From the NCBI GenBank assembly GCA_038741355.1, contig JAVYLC010000054.1, forward strand, positions 1 through 9,977: DNA of 9,977 nt. Direction: 5' to 3'. How positions within the stretch are numbered: the first letter of the stretch is position 1; every line of letters starts with the position of its first letter. Below are positions 1 through 7,157 of this stretch, piece by piece. The translations under genes and the position numbers were made by a program. Under the pieces are notes generated by a model. The model saw only the letters and a program-made list of their open reading frames with translations. It ran no database searches and was not told where the DNA came from. This DNA comes from Nitrososphaerota archaeon (GTDB lineage: Archaea; Thermoproteota; Nitrososphaeria_A; Caldarchaeales; Calditenuaceae).

Positions 1-2
1 AG

Positions 3-899
3 GTGAGGATCACGGGCCGGCTCCGCACGCTTGAGCCGCTGAGGGTTGGGATGGGGAGGGTTGATACTCCGGACGTTACGACGGACCTGCCAGTCATAAG
101 AGTTAAGGAGCTGAGGAGTGGGATTGAAGTCCCCTACATTCCAGGCTCATCACTTAAGGGGGTCTTCAGGAGCGCGGCTGAGTCTATAGCTAAGTCTGAG
201 GGGGTTAAGCCGGATCCCTGTTCTGGGCTGTCTAAGAACAACTGCATGGCGGCGAGGAGGGTTGAGGGGCAGACTCTGGAAGACTTTGTGAAAACACTAC
301 TCAGGAAGAATGCGATCCGAGACGCTCTTAAGAGCTTCGCGGATAACGCCTGCCTCCTCTGTAAGGTCTTCGGGGCTCCGACCTATAGGAGTAAGGTCGT
401 CTTCGAGGACGCCTACCCGGTGGACGAGGGAGGCAAATTGACAAGCGTCCCCACAGGGATAAAGATGGGGATTGCGATCGATAGGACAACAGGAGCCGTG
501 GCCACGGGGGCCCTCTACAGGGTCGAGTATGTCGAGCCCGGCGCCCTATTCAGCTTCTCCTTCAACTCCACCAATCTCCCCAACTACGCTCTCGGCCTCT
601 TAGCCGAGGTCTTCACACTCCTTGACGACGGTTTGATCCGAGTGGGCGGGTTCAAGTCTAGGGGCTTCGGAAGGGTTAGAGCAGATGATGTGAGCCTAAT
701 GGTTAGGCACTACTCACCGATCTCCGGGGAGGCGGGCAGGCTCGACACGCTGGGAGACCCCGGCGATAGGAGTGTCTCTCTGACGCCAAGCGATGTGAGG
801 GACGAGTGGGTCATATTTAGGGGCCCCGAGCTCGAGGCGCTCTTGAAAGAGCTTAGAAGGGTGTGGAAGGATTATGCAGCCTCAGCGAGTAAGCGTTAA
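3..899 (+). CDS. cas7: Type III CRISPR RAMP protein, Cas7 group (Csm3/Cmr4-like backbone subunit), 298 aa
   Basis: GTG start at nt 3, so the true start could lie off-window, but MRITGRLRTLEPLRVGMG looks like a native Csm3 N-terminus. Motifs seen: D28 in TTDLPVIRV (position of the Csm3 catalytic Asp), YIPGSSLKGVFRS, CLLCKVFGAP, IDRTTGAV..GALYRVEYVEPGA, and the G-rich loop VGGFKSRGFGRV. The 3' end overlaps the next gene by 26 nt. Confidence 0.85.
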   Translation: MRITGRLRTLEPLRVGMGRVDTPDVTTDLPVIRVKELRSGIEVPYIPGSSLKGVFRSAAESIAKSEGVKPDPCSGLSKNNCMAARRVEGQTLEDFVKTLLRKNAIRDALKSFADNACLLCKVFGAPTYRSKVVFEDAYPVDEGGKLTSVPTGIKMGIAIDRTTGAVATGALYRVEYVEPGALFSFSFNSTNLPNYALGLLAEVFTLLDDGLIRVGGFKSRGFGRVRADDVSLMVRHYSPISGEAGRLDTLGDPGDRSVSLTPSDVRDEWVIFRGPELEALLKELRRVWKDYAASASKR

Positions 900-1890
900 G
901 CGGATTCCCTACAGGGATCGTAGAAGCTTCAACCCGATCGAGGGGGTTCTCGACGTGGAAATAGTCGTCTGCAGCCAAAAGATTCATGGGTTCGATTCCT
1001 ACCTCTTCGTCGGCTCCGGCGAGGAGGAAGCAACCTTCCCTGCTGAGAGGTTGAAGGAGTTGTTGAGTGAAAGCCGGTGGAACGAGTCGGTGTTAAGAAG
1101 ATATGCGGATGAGATACAGGCTGGGGTGAGGGCGTTCCAGAGCCTGCTCGACCCACGTGCCGGAGGGAGGGCCTACACCATACCCGGGGCCTCGGTGAAG
1201 GGGAATGTAAAGGCTAGGCTGCAGCTCACACTCCAGCCGTACGGTGGCACAGCCATAGCCTGTCTCTACCCCGCAAGAGGGTTGAGAGCACCTCCGCCCA
1301 AAGGTAGTCATGGATGGAGGCATTACGGTATCTGGAAGGAATCCCTCCAATACGATAGAGGCCCGCCATGCAACGTCACGGTTGACAGGAATGTCTGCGT
1401 CGTCTGCGACCTCTTCGGGGCTCCGGGGCTATCATCGATTATAGACTTTGGCACTTTCTATATGAGGGAGGGGAAGTCGATACAGGTTGGGGAGGGGCCT
1501 GAGAAGCTATTCGCTGCGGAGCCGGGCTCTAGGTTTCACGGGTCGATAAGTTTTCGGGGGCTTGGGCTGCATGAGCTTGGACTCCTCCTTATCGGGATGG
1601 GGTACTGGCTGTCCGGGGAGAGGGCTGAGGCTAGACCGGTACTGCTAGGCTCGCACAAGTACAGGGGGTTGGGAGAACGGATAATGGGCAGGGTAGTGTA
1701 CAGAGTGAACTGTCTGAAGACCTCCACAAGGTGCTCGGGTGGTGGTGTAGGCCCCGGCTCGAGATACGAGGGGGCCGAGCTCGAGAACATTCTTGCCAGG
1801 GCCTTAAATGCGGCTTATGAAGAGTATAGACCATACATTAGACAGGTCGACGAGCATAGAGAGGCGCTGGAGGTGATGAGGGCTGGCTGA
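874..1890 (+). CDS. Type III CRISPR RAMP protein, divergent Cas7-group paralog with insertions, 338 aa
   Basis: ATG at 874 lies inside the 3' end of the preceding gene. Motifs seen: YTIPGASVKGNVKARL, CVVCDLFGAPG, and a G-rich C-terminal loop LLGSHKYRGLGERIMGRV. A ~50-aa helical insertion lies between the first strand and the PGxSxKG motif, and a Pro/Gly-rich insertion precedes CxxC. Exact subfamily (Csm3 paralog versus Csm5-like) is not resolvable by eye. Confidence 0.7.
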   Translation: MQPQRVSVKRIPYRDRRSFNPIEGVLDVEIVVCSQKIHGFDSYLFVGSGEEEATFPAERLKELLSESRWNESVLRRYADEIQAGVRAFQSLLDPRAGGRAYTIPGASVKGNVKARLQLTLQPYGGTAIACLYPARGLRAPPPKGSHGWRHYGIWKESLQYDRGPPCNVTVDRNVCVVCDLFGAPGLSSIIDFGTFYMREGKSIQVGEGPEKLFAAEPGSRFHGSISFRGLGLHELGLLLIGMGYWLSGERAEARPVLLGSHKYRGLGERIMGRVVYRVNCLKTSTRCSGGGVGPGSRYEGAELENILARALNAAYEEYRPYIRQVDEHREALEVMRAG

Positions 1891-1948
1891 CAGGATACCC
1901 GTCTACAGGAGCTATACAATACCGTTCGAGGGCAGGAGTGTAAGGGAG

Positions 1949-4555
1949 GTGACCGGGGAGGATAGGAGGTTCTGGGAGGAGCTCATAAAAGTAGATCTCA
2001 GAAGATTCCTCCAAACCAATCTCAGCATCGCGAGGGGGGCTGGTGGCGGCGAGCTGGCCGGGGCTGAGAAACTCGAACTAGTCGCCGACCTGATAACATT
2101 CTTCTTCAAGGCGCCTCTAACCTTTGAGCCTCTCCTAAGCCTAGCCCCGTCTCCCCCGAGTCTTTACCTAGCTCTAAGACTCAATAAGCAATTTCTAAAA
2201 GAATTCAATAGGGCTCCGGTGGATTATCTCCCCACACTTATCAGAATGGTGGATGTAGGGTCATTTATTGATGAAGGGCTGAGGGGGAAGATTACTAAGG
2301 CTTGGCTCGTCTTTCCAGCTGACACTAGACCGGGGGCAAACACGTCGAGCCTAGTAGCACATCTTTTAACCACACCGGCGATAGCTTGGTCGCTGGCGTA
2401 CAACTACAACTCCACTAAAGACCGCAGGAACCTAGCTATTCAGAGAATATCATCCCAGCTACACGATATAGCTAAGCCGATAGAGCCCAGAATTCATTAC
2501 AGGGTTGAGGTCTTTGGAGAGCTGGTGGATTCGCTGCTGAGCAGTATATTGGATGAGAGGGAGGTGGATGAGGTTAAGGAGGCTGTTGAACAGCATCACA
2601 GGGATGAGAAGAGTCCTGTACGTAGAGCGGACCAGATTTCGGCGGCCATCGACAGGATAAGGGATGTCATAGAGGTGCTGATTGGTAATGAGTTCAGAAC
2701 CCCCCAGTTTATGGAAATTGCATCGAGGTATCAGAGGGATGTGTTCGAGCTGGCATATGGAGGGGGGAGGGATGCGTGGGACTTCTGGGAAACCGTGGAG
2801 GAGAGGATGCCTGGAAAAATTAGGGAGTTGTCGGAGAAGTTTGTTGAGAGGCTAGGTAGCGTGTCTGAGGTCAGGCATAGTTTGAGACCTTATAGCGATC
2901 TCAGCTACTTCCTCGTGGATATCGGCGGGGTCCAGCAGTTTGTCTATCGCTCGCCTAAGCTCAGCGCCGTGGCCGCTGCCAGCCTCTTCATAGACTATCT
3001 AACCTCCACAATCCTCCCAGTATTCATTCAATCTTGGTTTGAGGAGGAAGAGGGTGTGTGGGTTCCCCTAGAGTCGTTCCTGCTGACTTCCGGGGCGAAT
3101 GTTGCGGGCATCCTTCCCGGTAGGATAGGGGCGGACTCTCTGTTGAAGGTGGTTGAGGAGCTGTGTAGACGGCTGAAGCCGCTTGAGGTGGATTTCAAGG
3201 TAGCCGTCGCCCAATTTTATGAACACTACCCGCACATGTGGGACGAGGTGAATAAGGATATGGCTCTGGCGAAGATTTCTCCTAGGCCCGGCTCAAGCAT
3301 TACTGACGTTTCAGGAGGCATAGAGCCCAGCAGAATATGCACACTTTGTTACAGGGAGGAAGCGAGTATAGGCGAGCTCTGCGCCACTTGCAGCAGACTG
3401 GTCGAGTTTGGTAGGAATCTCGGTTTTAGGACAAAGTGGATGAATGGATTCATACTTGGGCAGAAGAAGATAGTTCCAAGAGATGTGTGGGGCGTGGATT
3501 ATGGCGATGAAAAAGATCCGGATAGCATTGCATTGAATACTATCGAGCTGATATCCGGGATGGAGCCCCCGTTCACGGGCAGGGAGCTTAACGTCGCGGT
3601 GATTAAGGGCGACGGGAATAGGATGGGGGAGTTCTTCTCCAAGTCTATATCCATTTCAGACGCCATTGAGAGGAGCTTCCGCCTAGACCATTCCCTCAAA
3701 ACAGCTTATGGGAGGGCTCTCCAAGCCATACTCTCAGCCGATAGTGCCGATGGTATGCGTGAGAGAGACGCGTGCAGGATATGGCTCGGAACCCTCTACA
3801 TGGGTGGAGACGACTTTCTAATACTATGCCCATCATGGCTGTCGCTCCCCTTCTCATACATTCTTGCGAAGGAGTTTGAATCGGGGATGGGTGGGAAGTG
3901 TACTTTATCTATCGGAATAGCTGTTGTCCCTCCGGAACACAGCGTCTGGCACGCTATAAGGGCGGCTGACGAGTTGATGGAGGTTGCGAAAGGCGAGATA
4001 GGCCGTAAGGGCCCCGCGTCGGCCATATCGTTTGACGCGGCTGAGCAGGGATTGCTATCCGGTGAGACTGTCTTGAGGAGGCTGGAGGTGCAGAGGTCAA
4101 ACGGCCTCACCGCCCGTCCAATCCCTGTTGAAAGCGGGTCTGGATTCAGCTTGAAGCACCTGCTATCCTTCTTCGGGTATAGCTTAGACTACCACCCGGC
4201 TGACATTATGAGGCATGCATACAGCCACAGGCCGTCGAAGGATGGCTCGGGAAACCCTACCATTTCGCGGCTAAGGCTTGTCAGGAAGGCTGTGACAGCT
4301 GCTGTCGAGTGCGCCACGTCCATGCTTGGTAGGTGGGATGAGGGTAACCGGGATACCGCACTAAAGATAGCCACCCTCTACTGTTATAGAGAGTCGAACG
4401 ACGATAGCAGGGAGGAGGCATTGAGAAGAGTCTTCAGGGATGTTGGTGAGCTCTGCCGGCGGCAATTAACTGACCAGGCCGCCGAAAGCTTGAGGGCTGC
4501 ACCACTACTGGATCTCGACGCCGCGGCCAAGATCCTTGGGGGTGGAGGGATATGA
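1949..4555 (+). CDS. cas10: Cas10 (Csm1-like large subunit of the type III effector), 868 aa; HD nuclease motifs plus zinc finger plus GGDD cyclase palm
   Basis: HD region resembles Csm1: SLVAH138LL, QLH172D173IAKP (nt 2462-2467), H183, EQH216H217RD, RRADQISAAIDR. Palm1 start is FLVDIGGVQQFVY. Zinc finger is C464-x2-C467-x10-C478-x2-C481 (nt 3338-3391). Palm2 is VAVIKGD555GNRMG (nt 3611) and YMGGDD622FLIL (GGDD at nt 3803-3814). The C-terminal ~150 aa are helical. The first canonical start in frame after the TGA at 1877 is GTG 1949, which sits inside a GGGAGGTGA Shine-Dalgarno-like string, so the exact start is uncertain. The stop overlaps the next start (ATGA at 4552-4555). Confidence 0.93.
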   Translation: MTGEDRRFWEELIKVDLRRFLQTNLSIARGAGGGELAGAEKLELVADLITFFFKAPLTFEPLLSLAPSPPSLYLALRLNKQFLKEFNRAPVDYLPTLIRMVDVGSFIDEGLRGKITKAWLVFPADTRPGANTSSLVAHLLTTPAIAWSLAYNYNSTKDRRNLAIQRISSQLHDIAKPIEPRIHYRVEVFGELVDSLLSSILDEREVDEVKEAVEQHHRDEKSPVRRADQISAAIDRIRDVIEVLIGNEFRTPQFMEIASRYQRDVFELAYGGGRDAWDFWETVEERMPGKIRELSEKFVERLGSVSEVRHSLRPYSDLSYFLVDIGGVQQFVYRSPKLSAVAAASLFIDYLTSTILPVFIQSWFEEEEGVWVPLESFLLTSGANVAGILPGRIGADSLLKVVEELCRRLKPLEVDFKVAVAQFYEHYPHMWDEVNKDMALAKISPRPGSSITDVSGGIEPSRICTLCYREEASIGELCATCSRLVEFGRNLGFRTKWMNGFILGQKKIVPRDVWGVDYGDEKDPDSIALNTIELISGMEPPFTGRELNVAVIKGDGNRMGEFFSKSISISDAIERSFRLDHSLKTAYGRALQAILSADSADGMRERDACRIWLGTLYMGGDDFLILCPSWLSLPFSYILAKEFESGMGGKCTLSIGIAVVPPEHSVWHAIRAADELMEVAKGEIGRKGPASAISFDAAEQGLLSGETVLRRLEVQRSNGLTARPIPVESGSGFSLKHLLSFFGYSLDYHPADIMRHAYSHRPSKDGSGNPTISRLRLVRKAVTAAVECATSMLGRWDEGNRDTALKIATLYCYRESNDDSREEALRRVFRDVGELCRRQLTDQAAESLRAAPLLDLDAAAKILGGGGI

Positions 4556-5178
4556 TAAGGTTTGACGTGGAGCTGAAGTCTCTGGGCTTGTTCCTCGTGG
4601 GAGGCCCAACCCCCATCTACACCCACTTGGACATAACCGTCCACAGGACGCGGGACCCGGATAAGGGCGTTTACGTTCCGACGATACCGGGCTCGAGTGT
4701 TAAGGGCGTCTTGAGATCCTCGCTTAGCAGGGTGGCACATGTATTCGGGATAAAGGTTTGCGGCGACTGGCCCCAAGCATATGATGACTGCGACTCGTGC
4801 TACCTCTTCGGAGCGCCCGGCTCTGGTGGGCGCGTCTGGGTCAGCGACTTTACTGGAGAGAGGAGCACCGTATCACTCACCCACGTCTCCCTAGACGATG
4901 GCGCCGGGACTGCTAGGGAGATGGCGCTCTACACGTCCGAGTATGTTAAGCCCGGCTCGGTCTTCAAGGGCAGGATAGAGTATAACGGTGGCGTGGAAAG
5001 GCTGGCTCCACTCTTGGTGGCCATGGCTGCTCTGAGGACTGATAGGGCGGGTAGGAGTGGATTGATCGACCTAAGGATAACCAATGCCGACGAGCTTAGA
5101 GGCGCCTTGAGCGGTCTGGGAGAATACTCCATCCTGCTCGAATATCTGGGGGTGTGGGCCTGGGATGAGGGTGTATAG
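4552..5178 (+). CDS. csm3: Type III CRISPR RAMP protein, Cas7 group, Csm3-like, 208 aa
   Basis: Csm3-like size and position directly after cas10. Motifs seen: FLVGGPT..THLD27ITVHRTRD (catalytic-Asp position), TIPGSSVKGVLRSSL, CDSCYLFGAPG, ALYTSEYVKPGSVF. ATGA overlap with the cas10 stop suggests translational coupling. Confidence 0.85.
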   Translation: MIRFDVELKSLGLFLVGGPTPIYTHLDITVHRTRDPDKGVYVPTIPGSSVKGVLRSSLSRVAHVFGIKVCGDWPQAYDDCDSCYLFGAPGSGGRVWVSDFTGERSTVSLTHVSLDDGAGTAREMALYTSEYVKPGSVFKGRIEYNGGVERLAPLLVAMAALRTDRAGRSGLIDLRITNADELRGALSGLGEYSILLEYLGVWAWDEGV

Positions 5179-6226
5179 GTGCGTCCTCCAGATCAGGTCC
5201 CCCACAGTGATTAGCAATGAAAGGGGTGCGAGGGGCTTTTACACGGCCACCGAAGCATTACCAGGATACACGGTTGGTGGAGCGGTCAACAGAGCCCTCT
5301 TCGGGAGCGTGAGCCCTGACAGGATGCTGGTCTCGTCGCCGGCATACCCTGTGCTTAACGGGCATAAAACCCTCCCCGCCCACCCATTCTACTACAAGTG
5401 TAAGGTCTGTGAAGGCCTGTTCGTCTCCACCCTCAGGGAAGCCAACCTATTAGAGCTCATGCGGCACGGGTGGGAGGTCGTCAAGGAGAGGCTGATAGCG
5501 CTTCGAGACGAGCAGTCCCACCCGCTCAAATCCCTGCATCCAAGGCCTGTGACGCCTAGGGGTGGGAGGGCGGCGAGAGTTGCCATCCAGTCGATAGTGT
5601 CTATAGGGATGAACAGACATGCAGCGGCGTCCCAGATAGGACTCCTATACGAGTACACCGCGATAGAGCCTGGCCAAGAATACTGGTTCACACTCGCCTC
5701 GAGTGGGGGGTCTGAAATACCGGACGAGTTTGATGTAAAGATTGGGAGGGGCGCTACGAGAGGTTATGGGAGGGCGGTGGTCAGGGTTGAAGAGAGGTTT
5801 ACAGACCCGCCCCTCGCCCAGAGTATAGGCGATGAGGCCGCCTTCTATGCTGTGTCGCCGATCCCGTTGAGATTCATCGCCGGGCAGATCAACCTAGCGG
5901 AGTGTTCTTCGAGGTATGGTCTCAAGGGGATTGACGGCGTGCTCGAGCCCATCTACACCGGCGGGAGGCCCGCCGCCTTTGGAAGGGCGGTGAGAAAAAT
6001 GGTCGCGGGGTGGCCCCACGGAGCCTCCGTCTCGAGGGAGAGGATCGACTGTCTTAGCGCGGGAAGCATAGTTGCATATCGGTGGAGGCAGAGGCCTGAC
6101 GACCAGGCTAGGGCGCTGGCCGCACTGAGATACTTCGGAGTGCCTGTCTGGCTTGCCAGCGGCTATGTCGACGGGCTTTGCATGCTCTACCCCTTCAGCA
6201 GGGAGCCGCTAGAAGAGGAGGTGTAG
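5165..6226 (+). CDS. cas5: Type III CRISPR RAMP protein, probable Cas5 group (Csm4/Csx10-like Cas10 partner), 353 aa
   Basis: N-terminus VYRCVLQIRSPTVIS....EALPGYTVGGAVNRALF resembles the Csm4/Csx10 first motif. It also has a CKVC pair and a G-rich loop IGRGATRGYGRAVVRV, and it lacks the CxxC-LFG Cas7 signature. Its position (cas10-csm3-X-csm5) matches csm4 in III-A order. The Cas5 versus Cas7 assignment is an inference. Confidence 0.6.
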   Translation: MRVYRCVLQIRSPTVISNERGARGFYTATEALPGYTVGGAVNRALFGSVSPDRMLVSSPAYPVLNGHKTLPAHPFYYKCKVCEGLFVSTLREANLLELMRHGWEVVKERLIALRDEQSHPLKSLHPRPVTPRGGRAARVAIQSIVSIGMNRHAAASQIGLLYEYTAIEPGQEYWFTLASSGGSEIPDEFDVKIGRGATRGYGRAVVRVEERFTDPPLAQSIGDEAAFYAVSPIPLRFIAGQINLAECSSRYGLKGIDGVLEPIYTGGRPAAFGRAVRKMVAGWPHGASVSRERIDCLSAGSIVAYRWRQRPDDQARALAALRYFGVPVWLASGYVDGLCMLYPFSREPLEEEV

Positions 6227-6227
6227 C

Positions 6228-7154
6228 ATGCACTTAAACCCCCTTACTTTTAGGACCATAGGCCGGCTAGCCTTCACGTGCGAGACAGGTATATACGTGG
6301 GGGCTGGCGGGGAGGGGTTGTACAAGACCCCCCTGAAGATCGGCGATATGCTGCTCATACCAGCCACCACTTGGAAGGGAGTCTTCCGCGCACTCTCCGA
6401 GAGGATCATTAAGTCGATGAGGCTTGACGGCGTACAGTCCACTCTGAGGGAGCTGTATTACGAGGATGGCGGCGAGTATTTTAGGATCGATGGTGAGGTT
6501 TTGAAGGAGCATGTCAACGCGCTCCGGGAATATCTAGCCCGGCGCTACGGCGGGGTTATGAGTGCCCTGCGCCAGCTAGCCGCCGGGAATGGCGAGTTGG
6601 TCAGAGAGATTGAAGGCCTCCGCGACGGGGAAAGTATGTGCAAATACCTGTTTGGGAGGGGTAGAACCCTGCTCCAGAGATACCTAGGCATGCTCTACCC
6701 CATAACATCCCTCTACGGCTCCCAGGGTGTGGCTGGCAAGGTCAGGTTTCTAGACACTCTCGCTAAGGCTTACTCATATTTTAAGCCGGGTGTTGGCATT
6801 GATAGGAAAACAATGACAGCTGCGGAGGGCAGGCTATACATTATCGAGACCCTGATCCCCCAAGATGGCTCGATAACTCTACGGATACTAGTCGACAATG
6901 TTGAGAGGGGCACGCTAGAGGCGAGGGTCTTGGCTGCAACGTTGAGGTATGTCGAGTCTGAGGGCCTGGAGGTGGGAGGGTCGAGGAGCAGGGGCATAGG
7001 CCACCTCGAACTCCAGGCAGACAAATCGTACTTCAGGGTCCTTAACCTCTCCGAGAAAACAGACCTCCCAACCATGCTCAAACAGTTAGCATCGCCGGCA
7101 AGCTGGAAAACTTATAGCCTCAAACAATTCATAAGAGAGGTTCTTGCCGGATAG
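6228..7154 (+). CDS. Type III CRISPR RAMP protein, Cas7 group with large helical insertion (Csm5/Cmr6-like), 308 aa
   Basis: ATG lies 1 nt after the preceding stop. Motifs seen: IYVGAGGEG, LLIPATTWKGVFRALSE, CKYLFG, SLYGSQGVAGKVRFLD, GVGIDRKTMTAAEGRLYIIETL, and the G-rich loop VGGSRSRGIGHLEL. A ~90-aa helical insertion follows the TxWKG motif. There is no Asp at the Csm3 catalytic position. Confidence 0.72.
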   Translation: MHLNPLTFRTIGRLAFTCETGIYVGAGGEGLYKTPLKIGDMLLIPATTWKGVFRALSERIIKSMRLDGVQSTLRELYYEDGGEYFRIDGEVLKEHVNALREYLARRYGGVMSALRQLAAGNGELVREIEGLRDGESMCKYLFGRGRTLLQRYLGMLYPITSLYGSQGVAGKVRFLDTLAKAYSYFKPGVGIDRKTMTAAEGRLYIIETLIPQDGSITLRILVDNVERGTLEARVLAATLRYVESEGLEVGGSRSRGIGHLELQADKSYFRVLNLSEKTDLPTMLKQLASPASWKTYSLKQFIREVLAG

Positions 7155-7157
7155 TGC

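Noticed and set aside
929-1834. Minus-strand ORFs 929-1156, 1093-1350, 1536-1790 and 1631-1834 (67-85 aa), antisense to the 338-aa RAMP gene.
   Set aside because: They lie entirely inside a well-supported plus-strand gene. Their Pro/Ser/Arg-rich low-complexity translations are typical of antisense frames in GC-rich coding DNA, and they carry no motifs.
1941-1952. The GGGAGGTGA Shine-Dalgarno-like string overlapping the cas10 GTG start, which might point to a different start codon.
   Set aside because: There is no ATG, GTG or TTG in frame within the appropriate 5-10 nt downstream. Upstream in frame there are only non-start codons back to the TGA at 1877. GTG 1949 is therefore kept as the working start, with the uncertainty noted.
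3608-3628. The Cas10 Palm2 first motif reads GD555-G-N557-RMG, whereas the Csm1 and Cmr2 motifs I recall have D-x-D (ADIDNLG / DgDxMG). This might indicate a cyclase-dead Cas10.
   Set aside because: The first Asp and the full GGDD are intact, and in the related cyclase/polymerase palm fold the metal ligands are the first-strand Asp plus the GGDD acidic pair. A single D-to-N at the second position is not enough to call the cyclase inactive, and the adjacent csx1 argues that signalling is in use.
1912-4776. Minus-strand ORFs antisense to cas10 (1912-2109, 3499-3699, 3796-4110, 4189-4374, 4434-4616), plus the 130-aa ORF 4384-4776 spanning the cas10/csm3 junction.
   Set aside because: All are embedded in strongly supported plus-strand genes, have low-complexity Ser/Pro/Arg/Ala-rich products and have no recognisable domains. 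The length of the 130-aa ORF is explained by stop-codon depletion in GC-rich antisense frames.
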